The notes under the pieces are model-generated. The model was not told the origin of the DNA. It saw only the letters and a list, made by a program, of their open reading frames with translations, and did no database searches. Shown here piece after piece: positions 8,997 through 17,896 of a DNA stretch of 64,000 nt (position 1 is the first letter of the stretch; every line of letters starts with the position of its first letter). The stretch is from a virus. The stretch lies in the IMG/VR virus record IMGVR_UViG_3300024344_002756; one strand, written 5' to 3'. The translations under genes and the position numbers were made by a program.

Positions 8997-9071
8997 ATAT
9001 ATGTAGGATTGGACTCTTATTATAGGAACTTTCGGACTCTGTGCAGAATAGTCATATGAAAGGTAATTATC

Positions 9072-10196
9072 ATGACTGTAAGCACACACAAAGCTAATGT
9101 GGCTACTGAATCAGCCGCAACTGCAACCATAACGGTTATAGATGGTGACTTAGCTACCACCAATCAGTTTACAGAAGGAACTCATGTTATCATGAGGTCA
9201 CATGACGGAACAACAAAAGTGTATATTCTTTGTGACGCTTCGGAATCTGGCGCGTCTGCCGCTGGTACAGTGTTAACAGCAGGTGATGACACTGGTGCTA
9301 GTACGCTTTCAACTGATGCCGCAGCTCTTGGTACATGCGTTGCTTTTAACGCTAATTTAAATACGGCAACACAAGCCGCTGTATTAAATGCACTTAAAGC
9401 AGCAGTTGTACACGCTAATGGACACAATGGCAAGATCACGGCAAGTGCTGATCTAACCGCCGCCGATGGCAATCAATCAATTACTTTCACCCAAGCCACT
9501 AAAGGCGAAGCGGGTGATACTCAAGTTATTACCAATATTGACACGGCACTGATGACAACCACGAACTTTTCTGGTGGACATGCAGAAGGCGATAAAAAAG
9601 ATAAGCACACCATTCTTAATGGTGGTACTACTAGCGGGTTCAATCGCAAGACCAATACCAAAAGTATCGTTGATATAGTTGGTGGTCGAAAGCTTCATGG
9701 GGCGTTCTTAGGAACTAGCTCTGGAACCACACATAAAGTTGGTTTATCCAAGGCAACTTCAGGTGGAACTTTTGCATACAATCCTTCGGAGAGTATCGCA
9801 AAGCGAGGCACGAACTTTGCCGCTTCTACACCTGATTCTGGTTTTCTTATTAGAGGTGGTGTTGTAAACAAAATCTCTGGTACTTCTCTTAATCCAATCA
9901 TCAGTGGTTCTGATACTACTAGTCGTCGGGCTGGAAATATCCATCCTAAAGAAAAGTATTATCAAAAAGGTGCTTGGTCTGATACCATATTCGACATATT
10001 TAGCGGAACACGCTCAGATGTCGATACAAACGCCAAGACTACCATTAGCGGTTACGGTTCTGCTGTAACTTTAGCTACTGACCATGCCGCGCATGTTGGA
10101 CGTGGAGCTGCACCTCGCAATGGTGAAATAATCATTCTGTTTGACTTCACTACGTTCACTAATAACTATAAAGATTACAGTGCTATCACTGGCTAA
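9072..10196 (+). CDS. Thr/Ala/Gly-rich probable virion protein (paralog A)
   Basis: Low-complexity small-residue composition; shares multiple blocks and the C-terminal FDFxTFTNNYKDYSAxxG with the next gene. Confidence 0.6.
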   Translation: MTVSTHKANVATESAATATITVIDGDLATTNQFTEGTHVIMRSHDGTTKVYILCDASESGASAAGTVLTAGDDTGASTLSTDAAALGTCVAFNANLNTATQAAVLNALKAAVVHANGHNGKITASADLTAADGNQSITFTQATKGEAGDTQVITNIDTALMTTTNFSGGHAEGDKKDKHTILNGGTTSGFNRKTNTKSIVDIVGGRKLHGAFLGTSSGTTHKVGLSKATSGGTFAYNPSESIAKRGTNFAASTPDSGFLIRGGVVNKISGTSLNPIISGSDTTSRRAGNIHPKEKYYQKGAWSDTIFDIFSGTRSDVDTNAKTTISGYGSAVTLATDHAAHVGRGAAPRNGEIIILFDFTTFTNNYKDYSAITG

Positions 10197-10214
10197 TATG
10201 AAAGGTAAATAATT

Positions 10215-11243
10215 ATGACTTTAAGTTCACATACTCAGCCACTTGATGATGGCACTACCGTAACAGGTACTATTGTTTTCGGTGGCGCTTGTGCTGTTGA
10301 CGATACTATTACTATTACTGATGCTGCTGGTACTTCTAAAGTATTTACAGCAAAGGGATCAACGACCGCAGGAAGTCGTGAGTTTATTAATACTGATGCT
10401 GCTGCTGCCGCAACAGCTTTAAAGACTTGCATCGACAACGCTGCTGGTTTTGAAACAACATCCATTACTGTAGCTGATGATAGCTCTGGTACTTTAACCC
10501 TTACTCTTGTTGCAAATGCAACATATCGGTTTAAGAACAAGGCTTCTATTCAGCTTGCTTCAGACATTACTAATGTCACTAGCGTAGACTTTGGTGGCAA
10601 TGCTGCCGCAGAAGACGTTGATGGACACACCATTGTTGGTGGTGGTACTGTTGGTGGATTCAATAGCAAGGGCAATGTTAAAAGTAATCTTGACACGGTT
10701 AAAGGTGTAAAGAGTTCTGGTTCAAAGCTTTATGCTCAAGGCGCTACTATTGCAGGAACTACACGAGCAAGCGCAAGCGCTCATGTGCCGGGAATTAAAC
10801 TAGTAAGATCTGGTGGTACTTTAGCGTACAACCCAATGTCAAGAGCTGTTACCTTGTCTTCTGATGATCCTGATGGATATTCATCAACTGCCAACACTGG
10901 CTTTTTGATAAGAGGCGGTTCTTCAACATTGATTAGTGGAATTGCTTCTACTGATGATGTTCTTGCAATTCCGGGTGAAAACACGGCTGCATCAAGAGAT
11001 AGAGAGCGTCTTTATCACCGAAAGGGTACTTGGGCTACTCAGATATTCGATATATTTGGTAGCAACCTTCTGCAAAGTGATGGTACAGCCAAGGCCGGTA
11101 TTACTGGTCGTGGTACTACAGTAACTTTGGATGCTGACCATACTGTTCTTAGCTCTAGAGGTGTTCCGGGTGAGCTGATAATGCTGTTTGACTTTGCTAC
11201 GTTTACTAATAACTACAAAGACTACAGCGCTCTTAACGGCTAA
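10215..11243 (+). CDS. Thr/Ala/Gly-rich probable virion protein (paralog B)
   Basis: Same GAAAGGTAA SD; blocks SGGTLAYNP, GFLIRGG, IFDIFG and FTNNYKDYSA shared with 9072..10196. Confidence 0.6.
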   Translation: MTLSSHTQPLDDGTTVTGTIVFGGACAVDDTITITDAAGTSKVFTAKGSTTAGSREFINTDAAAAATALKTCIDNAAGFETTSITVADDSSGTLTLTLVANATYRFKNKASIQLASDITNVTSVDFGGNAAAEDVDGHTIVGGGTVGGFNSKGNVKSNLDTVKGVKSSGSKLYAQGATIAGTTRASASAHVPGIKLVRSGGTLAYNPMSRAVTLSSDDPDGYSSTANTGFLIRGGSSTLISGIASTDDVLAIPGENTAASRDRERLYHRKGTWATQIFDIFGSNLLQSDGTAKAGITGRGTTVTLDADHTVLSSRGVPGELIMLFDFATFTNNYKDYSALNG

Positions 11244-11267
11244 TCTTGTTTTTTCTAGAGGTGTATC

Positions 11268-11576
11268 ATGAATACTGAAATGCCAGCACTAGTTGCTGTA
11301 ATAGCCATTACTATGGGATTGATCAAGGTAATTGAAATGTTGATTTCTAAAACGTCGAGTAAAAACTCGATTTTGACAAGTGAAGAAAGAGGTTGGTTAC
11401 AAGGACTTCATGAACTGCACGAAAAGTGTGATACCGATGGAACACCTTTGGTTTATGTTCCTCGCAGTTGGGCTGAAATTCAGCGTAACATGCAGCATAT
11501 AATGACAAAGATTGTTAATGACCAAAGGAGGATCGCTGATATCCTTGAGAGGATAGATAAAAAACTAGATAAGTAA
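11268..11576 (+). CDS. Single-TM membrane protein with coiled-coil C-terminus (holin-like architecture)
   Basis: N-terminal LVAVIAITMGLIKVI; helical RRIADILERIDKKLDK; SD GAGGTG. Confidence 0.6.
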   Translation: MNTEMPALVAVIAITMGLIKVIEMLISKTSSKNSILTSEERGWLQGLHELHEKCDTDGTPLVYVPRSWAEIQRNMQHIMTKIVNDQRRIADILERIDKKLDK

Positions 11577-11583
11577 ACCTTTG

Positions 11584-11618
11584 GGGGGTGAGGTTATCCT
11601 CGCCCCCTATTTTTTTTT
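11584..11618 (+). terminator. Rho-independent terminator
   Basis: GGGGGTGAGG-TTAT-CCTCGCCCCC stem followed by TATTTTTTTTT. Confidence 0.85.
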
Positions 11619-11629
11619 GGAGTAATAAA

Positions 11630-11869
11630 ATGAAAGAAGCACTTAAAAGTAAAAAATCAATTATGGCAATTGTTACATTAGTAATTGCACTAGTTCTTGC
11701 TGTTATTCAAAATGGTGGACTAGACGGAATTATTATAGATGTACCCGGATCTGATCCAATTGAAGTAAACATTCCAGAAAGCTGCGAGTGCAATGATGAA
11801 TGTAAATGCGACACCGATGATGGCTCTTGCGATTGTGGTGACGACTGCGATTGTCCTATTTGCGTCTGA
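11630..11869 (+). CDS. Small exported/membrane-anchored protein with a metallothionein-like Cys/acid-rich tail
   Basis: SD GGAG, ATG 11630; IMAIVTLVIALVLAVI TM segment; tail CECNDECKCDTDDGSCDCGDDCDCPIC (9 Cys). Confidence 0.6.
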   Translation: MKEALKSKKSIMAIVTLVIALVLAVIQNGGLDGIIIDVPGSDPIEVNIPESCECNDECKCDTDDGSCDCGDDCDCPICV

Positions 11870-12308
11870 TAACAAACAAAGAATTGTTTTCTCAGATTCT
11901 TGCGATTATGTTGAAATAAACAATGTATACAATACAAACGAAGAAACTGGAGAACACACTTTAAGAATGACTCAATACATTTGGTGGGAATGGAGAGACA
12001 GGGTTCTTCTTCCCGTCTTAGACCCAATCACCAAACAAGAGACAGGAGATTGGAAAAGTGGGTCTGACTTTGTTGTTAGAGAGTTTCTTGTAATTTTCAG
12101 CAATTCATCAAGCCCTAATGACACAAATGGTGTTTTGTTAGACAAGAGGAAAGATCACTGGATTTGCATTTTTTGGGATAAAAACGACAAGGTTATGAGG
12201 AAAATTCGTTGTAAGTGGTTGGTCACAACCCATACTACATACGATGTGGAAATAAAAAACAGAGACATAGTTAAACAAGAAAGAAGAAAACATTTTCAAA
12301 AAAGGTAG
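11817..12308 (+). CDS. Secreted hypothetical protein whose signal peptide overlaps the upstream Cys-rich gene
   Basis: MMALAIVVTTAIVLFASD signal-like start; body (DYVEINNVY, QYIWWEW, TTYDVE...RR) resembles planctomycete secreted hypotheticals, from memory only. Start could also be 11793. Confidence 0.65.
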   Translation: MMALAIVVTTAIVLFASDNKQRIVFSDSCDYVEINNVYNTNEETGEHTLRMTQYIWWEWRDRVLLPVLDPITKQETGDWKSGSDFVVREFLVIFSNSSSPNDTNGVLLDKRKDHWICIFWDKNDKVMRKIRCKWLVTTHTTYDVEIKNRDIVKQERRKHFQKR

Positions 12309-12310
12309 TC

Positions 12311-12775
12311 ATGAAATATCTAACATTAATAATTACTTCTTTGCTTTTAGGATTAACCTATGTTGGTGAAGCCAGCGGTGATGAGCTAAAGACTCCATCC
12401 CGAAAGGTTATTAAACCCCCAACTACGGCGAGGCCGCAATCTTCCCAACAGCGAAGGGTCGTTACACCTCCAACTACTACGAGGCCACCAACCGCCGTGA
12501 AGCCACAATTACCTCAAGGCTTTGGAAGACCTATACAAAGACCTGCGGGGTTTGGAAAACAAGAGTGGCAAAAACCTCAACAGCAACAGGTCAGACCTAG
12601 CCACAACTACAGACATGGAAGCATAATAATCGGTAGACCATATGTTCATCCGTTTAATTACCCTTCCGTAGAAACTAGGTATCATCCAATACATGGATTT
12701 TACAGAGTATATCACCCTCCTGTGATTATACAACCACAACCCTTTCATGGTTTCTTTTTTCAGTTTAGATGGTAA
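12311..12775 (+). CDS. Secreted Pro/Gln-rich low-complexity protein
   Basis: Signal peptide MKYLTLIITSLLLGLTYVGEASG; duplicated PPTTARPQ / PPTTTRPP; aromatic C-terminus FHGFFFQFRW. Confidence 0.7.
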   Translation: MKYLTLIITSLLLGLTYVGEASGDELKTPSRKVIKPPTTARPQSSQQRRVVTPPTTTRPPTAVKPQLPQGFGRPIQRPAGFGKQEWQKPQQQQVRPSHNYRHGSIIIGRPYVHPFNYPSVETRYHPIHGFYRVYHPPVIIQPQPFHGFFFQFRW

Positions 12776-12786
12776 GGAAAAATAAA

Positions 12787-13191
12787 ATGAAGTATCCAAA
12801 AATTAGAGCTGAGTGGCAACCAATACATAATCCTGAGATTGATATAAAAAGCCAAGAGTTGAAAATATATAAAAACTCCGAGCTTGTTCAAGAACATTCA
12901 TTAAATCGTTGGGATACGTCATTAGAGTTCTTTGTTCCCGCTTGGGACAATAATGGACGTTTAATAGAAGAGCCAACCAGAATATACTATACTATAGAAG
13001 CTACTACAGATAATTTTTCGTCTGAAACTGTAACGTCAAATGTTATAGAATTACAAAGCGTTGCTATTGATGAAACGCCAACGGACTTGAAGGTGTCCGT
13101 AATGCCCTTTCCAGATTTTCATCAAGAGTATAATCCATCAAATACAAACATTAGCGGAAGCAGTTCTATCATGGGTAGTGGGGTTATTTAA
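12787..13191 (+). CDS. Hypothetical protein (possible beta-sandwich)
   Basis: 135-aa ORF, beta-rich pattern; SD AAGGA. Confidence 0.6.
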   Translation: MKYPKIRAEWQPIHNPEIDIKSQELKIYKNSELVQEHSLNRWDTSLEFFVPAWDNNGRLIEEPTRIYYTIEATTDNFSSETVTSNVIELQSVAIDETPTDLKVSVMPFPDFHQEYNPSNTNISGSSSIMGSGVI

Positions 13192-14415
13192 ATGAATTGG
13201 CAAGATATACACGATCAAGCAATCATATTTGACTGGCATAATCACGGGTGTCTCAAAAACTTTTTATTTGAAAGAAGTCTTGACGGAAACAGCGCAAAGT
13301 TTCTATCTAAACTATTCAAAAGATCTTTCTGGCCTTTTAGCGAAAGAAACACCCTGCCTAAAATGGAACAAGGAGGATTAGATGTAGTTCTTTCTACGGC
13401 TTTTATTCCTGAAATAGAATGGGTAGACGATCAAAAACTAATTAAGATTCTCAAGTGGTTATTTAAGTCTGTGAATAAGAGGGTGTTTGAGCCTAGCTAT
13501 TTTGACGCTGTTAATGCACAGATGGACGCAATGGAAAAAGAAGTAGAAAATTACGGAGGAAGATTTCAGTTTGTATATGGTGTTAAAGAACTAGAAAACG
13601 CCCTTATTGACAACAAGATAGCGGTTCTTCATGCGGTTGAGGGTTGCCATCATCTAAATGGAGAGTTGGGCAAAAAACGACCAGAAGATGTTACTGCCCT
13701 ACCACCCCTAGTGGAAAATGAATTGTTGTCAAACTTAGAACACTTCTACAACAGAGGTGTGGCCTATATGACTCTCACTCATTTTTATCAAAATCTAGTT
13801 GCCGCCCCAGTTTTTCCTTATCCAGAATATGGAATCAGTAGAAGCAATTGGAAAGAGTTAATGTCTGGTTGGGATATGAACAAAGGCTTAACGCCTATTG
13901 GTAAGAAGGTAGTGCAAACCATGAAAGACATGGGTATGATTATAGACATAAGCCACTGCACGCCAAAAGCAAGAGCAGAAGTGTATGACATAGTTGGTAA
14001 TGACATGTCTAAAGTGATAGCAAGTCATGTTGGCGCTTTTAGTGTAAATCCAGACCCTTACAACTTAGAAGACTGGGAAATAAAATGGCTTGCCGACCAC
14101 AACTGTCTAGTTGCTTTAATATTTATGAACTATTGGATCAGCCCAATTGATTCTGGACTTGGCTTGAAGCACCTAGAAAGAACAATAGATCATATAATAA
14201 ACATAGCTGGCGATAAAGTACTGGCTTTAGGAACAGACTTCGATGGATTCACAGATCCACCAGATGAGATAACGGATATTTCCGAACTACCTAGACTTAC
14301 TAGGTATTTATCTTCACTAAAGGGCGGTATTGACAAGGATAAATATCCAACAGAAACTATAACCAATATTCTCGGTAGAAATTCATTAAGGTTTATCCTA
14401 GAAGGGTGGAAATGA
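13192..14415 (+). CDS. Peptidase M19 (membrane/renal dipeptidase family)
   Basis: DWHNH, HAVEG, YMTLTH, GLTPIGKKVV..MKDMGMIIDISH, IASH, LGTDFDG. Confidence 0.88.
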   Translation: MNWQDIHDQAIIFDWHNHGCLKNFLFERSLDGNSAKFLSKLFKRSFWPFSERNTLPKMEQGGLDVVLSTAFIPEIEWVDDQKLIKILKWLFKSVNKRVFEPSYFDAVNAQMDAMEKEVENYGGRFQFVYGVKELENALIDNKIAVLHAVEGCHHLNGELGKKRPEDVTALPPLVENELLSNLEHFYNRGVAYMTLTHFYQNLVAAPVFPYPEYGISRSNWKELMSGWDMNKGLTPIGKKVVQTMKDMGMIIDISHCTPKARAEVYDIVGNDMSKVIASHVGAFSVNPDPYNLEDWEIKWLADHNCLVALIFMNYWISPIDSGLGLKHLERTIDHIINIAGDKVLALGTDFDGFTDPPDEITDISELPRLTRYLSSLKGGIDKDKYPTETITNILGRNSLRFILEGWK

Positions 14416-14416
14416 A

Positions 14417-14929
14417 ATGAAGAAATATATAGACGCACTAAAACAATACGCACAAGATGCTACAACTAGTGATGCAAAAACAGGAGCTTGCTGGGATGGC
14501 TATGAAAGAGTCCCTAATACCAAAAAGGGAGAACCCGGAAGCTGTCGTAAAATTGGATCAAGTCAAGCAGACTATAAATATGAAAACCCTAAAACAGGAG
14601 AAGTGTTTACATACACAAGAAAAGGTGCATATAAAAAAGACGGTGTATACTTAGTGTATAAAGGTGTTGCAGAAGAAACAGAAGCGGCTGAGTACCAAGG
14701 GAGAAAGGTAACTCTTAATAAGCCATTCTTAACTCCAGACGGGCCAAAGAAACGTTCTGTGTATGTAAAAAACGAGAAGGGTAATGTAGTTAAAGTGAAC
14801 TTCGGAGACCCTAATATGAAAATTAAGAAAAATGATCCAGCTAGACGCAAGAGTTTTAGGGCAAGACATAATTGCGATAATCCCGGCCCTAAATGGAAGG
14901 CAAGATATTGGTCTTGTAAAGCGTGGTAA
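14417..14929 (+). CDS. Conserved basic phage protein, modular
   Basis: CWDGYERV module plus C-terminal KVNFGDPNM...RRKSFRARHNC...ARYWSCKAW, a motif set familiar from large aquatic phages. Confidence 0.7.
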   Translation: MKKYIDALKQYAQDATTSDAKTGACWDGYERVPNTKKGEPGSCRKIGSSQADYKYENPKTGEVFTYTRKGAYKKDGVYLVYKGVAEETEAAEYQGRKVTLNKPFLTPDGPKKRSVYVKNEKGNVVKVNFGDPNMKIKKNDPARRKSFRARHNCDNPGPKWKARYWSCKAW

Positions 14930-14930
14930 T

Positions 14931-15218
14931 ATGCCTAATAATAGATTACAATCTATAATAGAGAGACGGCGTCAACGCTCTCAGATTAAAGATGACAAAA
15001 GAGACGATAAACAAGAAAAAAAAGAAACTAAAAGAGACTACAGGCTTGAGAAGATCAATGCTGTAAAAGAGAAAATTTACGCTGTTGCAGCTAAAAGGAA
15101 GTGGCTGTTTTTTATTATAGCAGCAGTAATCGTTGCCTACCTAGTCATCTTCAAAGGCGGTTTTAGCTTTGGGGGTGAAGGAGGAGGTTTTTTAGAGAAG
15201 ATTAAATCTTTCTTTTAA
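14931..15218 (+). CDS. Membrane protein with charged N-terminus
   Basis: ATG 14931 after the upstream stop; TM WLFFIIAAVIVAYLVIF. Confidence 0.65.
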   Translation: MPNNRLQSIIERRRQRSQIKDDKRDDKQEKKETKRDYRLEKINAVKEKIYAVAAKRKWLFFIIAAVIVAYLVIFKGGFSFGGEGGGFLEKIKSFF

Positions 15219-15234
15219 TTGACAGGAGTGAAAA

Positions 15235-15420
15235 ATGGAAAAGATTAAAGCTTTACTTAAGAGTAGAAGATTCTGGACTGCCATTGGTGGTGTTGTTGTG
15301 GTTGCCGCTCAGGAAACCCTTGGGCTTGACCCAGATACAACAAACAGAATTGTCGCAATTGCTGTAGCTTGGATTCTTGGTGACTCTTTGAGAGTTACTT
15401 CCACAACCACTACAGAATAA
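15235..15420 (+). CDS. Small two-TM holin-like protein
   Basis: KSRRFWTAIGGVVVV and IVAIAVAWILG hydrophobic segments; SD AGGAG. Confidence 0.55.
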   Translation: MEKIKALLKSRRFWTAIGGVVVVAAQETLGLDPDTTNRIVAIAVAWILGDSLRVTSTTTTE

Positions 15421-15427
15421 TTTTATG

Positions 15428-15466
15428 GGAGACGGCTCACTTAGAGTGGGTCGTCTCCTTTTTTTT
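15428..15466 (+). terminator. Rho-independent terminator
   Basis: GGAGACGGCTCAC-TTAGA-GTGGGTCGTCTCC 13-bp stem followed by a T8 tract. Confidence 0.9.
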
Positions 15467-15477
15467 AGGATATAATA

Positions 15478-15762
15478 ATGGAAGAGAAGCACTTATTAGT
15501 TTTTTCAGCTAAGTGGTGTGGGCCATGCAGGATGATGAAGTCTCTTGTATGGGATGACCAAACCGTAAAAGAAAAACTAGGAGCATTTGACTCTGTTCAA
15601 TTTTTGGATATTGATGATCCAAACAACAGAGCAATGGCGATAAAATACAGGGTTGCTGCCGTACCTATGATTTATATAGTGGACGAGTTAGGCAAGCCTA
15701 TTAAATTAGCAAGCACTATGGATGCAAGGCAAGCAGTTAGTTTTTTGAGTGTCAATGAATAA
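15478..15762 (+). CDS. trxA: Thioredoxin
   Basis: FSAKWCGPC active site; cis-Pro motif AVP. Confidence 0.85.
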   Translation: MEEKHLLVFSAKWCGPCRMMKSLVWDDQTVKEKLGAFDSVQFLDIDDPNNRAMAIKYRVAAVPMIYIVDELGKPIKLASTMDARQAVSFLSVNE

Positions 15763-16054
15763 ACAAAAACATCAAGTCGTAGTTTTCATGACAGAGTGGT
15801 GTCCACACTGTAAAACAATGAAACAATTAACATGGCAAGACGACAAAGTAATTAGTTCAGTGAAGCCATATCACAATAGCAAACCAGCTTACATAATGTG
15901 TAATAAGCCCCAAAACAGGCATCTTGTTGATGAGTTTGATATTGAGAGATATCCAACCGTAGTAATTATGGATGAAGACCATAATATCAAAAAGAGGGCA
16001 AACAATATGTCTCCAGAAGATCTGGTAGACTTTCTAGAAAATTTTAATGGATAA
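15755..16054 (+). CDS. Thioredoxin-fold protein with CPHC motif
   Basis: FMTEWCPHC; YPT cis-Pro motif. Confidence 0.8.
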   Translation: MNKQKHQVVVFMTEWCPHCKTMKQLTWQDDKVISSVKPYHNSKPAYIMCNKPQNRHLVDEFDIERYPTVVIMDEDHNIKKRANNMSPEDLVDFLENFNG

Positions 16055-17018
16055 AAATTCAAAGATACTAATAACTGGTGGACAGGGGTGGATAGGTAAA
16101 AAACTTGGAGCATATCTATCTCAAGAAGGCTTTCAAGAAGTCTATGCTCTTGCAGGAACCAGAAGCGGTTTAGATTTAGGCGATGACTCCACTCTAGGCT
16201 GGGCTTTCAATATTAACCCAGAAGTCGTTGTTCATCTAGCAACTCGCCCTCCAACTAAAGAAAACTGTTTAGATTATCCAGCAGGGATGATGTACGAAAA
16301 TATTTTTGTGACTTCAAAGATACTTGAAGAAGCAAGGATGAGCGGTTGCAAAAAGTTCATAATGGTGTGGCATTCGTGTTGTTACCCAGAACGACAAATA
16401 CTACCGCATAAAGAACAAGACTTATGGGAAGGCACTCCGCATTGGTCTAGAAGATATTATGGAAATACAGCAAAAGTTATGATGGAACTTAATGCTGCTT
16501 TTAGTACACAATTTCCAGACTTCGTTGGTATTAACCTTATATTCCCAGAGGTTTATGGCCCAAACAGTAGGTTCAACCCAAAGAGAAATAACATAATTGA
16601 ATCTATCATTACTAATATTTCGGCAGCTAAGCAATACGACATGGATCTTAATGCCGAAGGAAATTCAAAATCCACCAGAGACTTTCTGTATGTAGATGAC
16701 GCTGTTCGTGCGATCTATAGCGTTATTCAGTTTGCCGATAAATGTGAAACCTACAATGTGTCACAGGGGCATGAAATCAATATAAAAAATCTACATCAAA
16801 CAATTGCTAAAATTGCAGGATTTGAAAAACAAATAAACTGGAAAGAACAACATATAGACGCTAAGGAAAAATCTTTCTTAGATATCTCAAGGATAAAAAA
16901 AGACTTAGGATGGACACCCATAACTAATATGGAAAAGGGACTTGCCGAAACAATAAAATGGCATGATGAAAATTTAAGCATTGGAGTCGTTAACCCAGAT
17001 TCTATTCTAGTCAGATGA
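16047..17018 (+). CDS. Extended SDR, divergent GDP-fucose-synthase-like epimerase/reductase
   Basis: ITGGQGWIG, SCCYP, EVYGPN, RDFLYVDDA, LGWTP; canonical YxxxK not cleanly present. Confidence 0.75.
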   Translation: MDKNSKILITGGQGWIGKKLGAYLSQEGFQEVYALAGTRSGLDLGDDSTLGWAFNINPEVVVHLATRPPTKENCLDYPAGMMYENIFVTSKILEEARMSGCKKFIMVWHSCCYPERQILPHKEQDLWEGTPHWSRRYYGNTAKVMMELNAAFSTQFPDFVGINLIFPEVYGPNSRFNPKRNNIIESIITNISAAKQYDMDLNAEGNSKSTRDFLYVDDAVRAIYSVIQFADKCETYNVSQGHEINIKNLHQTIAKIAGFEKQINWKEQHIDAKEKSFLDISRIKKDLGWTPITNMEKGLAETIKWHDENLSIGVVNPDSILVR

Positions 17019-17896
17019 TAACAGCAATAATTCTATCCAAAGACAGAGCTTCTCAGCTACACCTGTTACTTGAAAGCATTCAAAGAAACAGCGGTAATCT
17101 ATTCGATATACGTGTTATATACGAAGCTTCAAACGCTGTGTTTGAACGTGGCTATCAAAAAACAAAAGAAGAATTCTATTACAAAGATAGGTATGGAGTT
17201 GAATTCCCTATCAAATGGTATAAGAGAGAAAGCGAAAATCTAAGCACAGATATAATTAAGAGACTAGGTAGTAGAGATTTAACCTGTATTTTTAGCGATG
17301 AAAACATAGTCTTTGAAAGACCTCCCTCCTATAAAAAAATCATGGAGCTTTTCAGGGATGAAGCTATATCTGCTCTATCTTTAAGGATTGGAAACAACAC
17401 GGTTATACAAAATCCATATAAAATAAATGATTACTTTATAGACAAGCCAAAAAAGGGCGAGTTCATACTAGACAAGTTTATGATATGGAATGCTTCTGAT
17501 GTTAAACCGTTCACCAATTTTGCCATGCCGTTTTCTCATAATGGCCATATATACACCACCAAGCTAATAAAATTTATATTAGAAAGAACTGATATACCTA
17601 CCAAGGAAGACTTTGAAAAGAATCTACAAGATAATCTCTACATGGGTCTTTTTGATGGTTTCATTCCTCCCTATATGACTTGCTTGGAATATAGTGTGGT
17701 GATAACAAACATAGCAAAGAAGATAAATGATGAGAGACAGTCTGACTTTGGAACCTCGGAGTTCGGTCTAAACGATAGGTATCTTTCGCACTCAAGAATC
17801 GACTACGATTTTTTTGATTTTAGATATGTGTCAAAACCATACCAAGAATTTATCACGAGATTTAAAATTGAAGATTATATGCAGTACGGTCGTTAG
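17015..17896 (+). CDS. Putative glycosyltransferase-like protein; paralog of 5023..5880
   Basis: ILSKDRASQLHLLLESI, SLRIGNN, FAMPFSHNGHIY. Confidence 0.55.
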   Translation: MITAIILSKDRASQLHLLLESIQRNSGNLFDIRVIYEASNAVFERGYQKTKEEFYYKDRYGVEFPIKWYKRESENLSTDIIKRLGSRDLTCIFSDENIVFERPPSYKKIMELFRDEAISALSLRIGNNTVIQNPYKINDYFIDKPKKGEFILDKFMIWNASDVKPFTNFAMPFSHNGHIYTTKLIKFILERTDIPTKEDFEKNLQDNLYMGLFDGFIPPYMTCLEYSVVITNIAKKINDERQSDFGTSEFGLNDRYLSHSRIDYDFFDFRYVSKPYQEFITRFKIEDYMQYGR

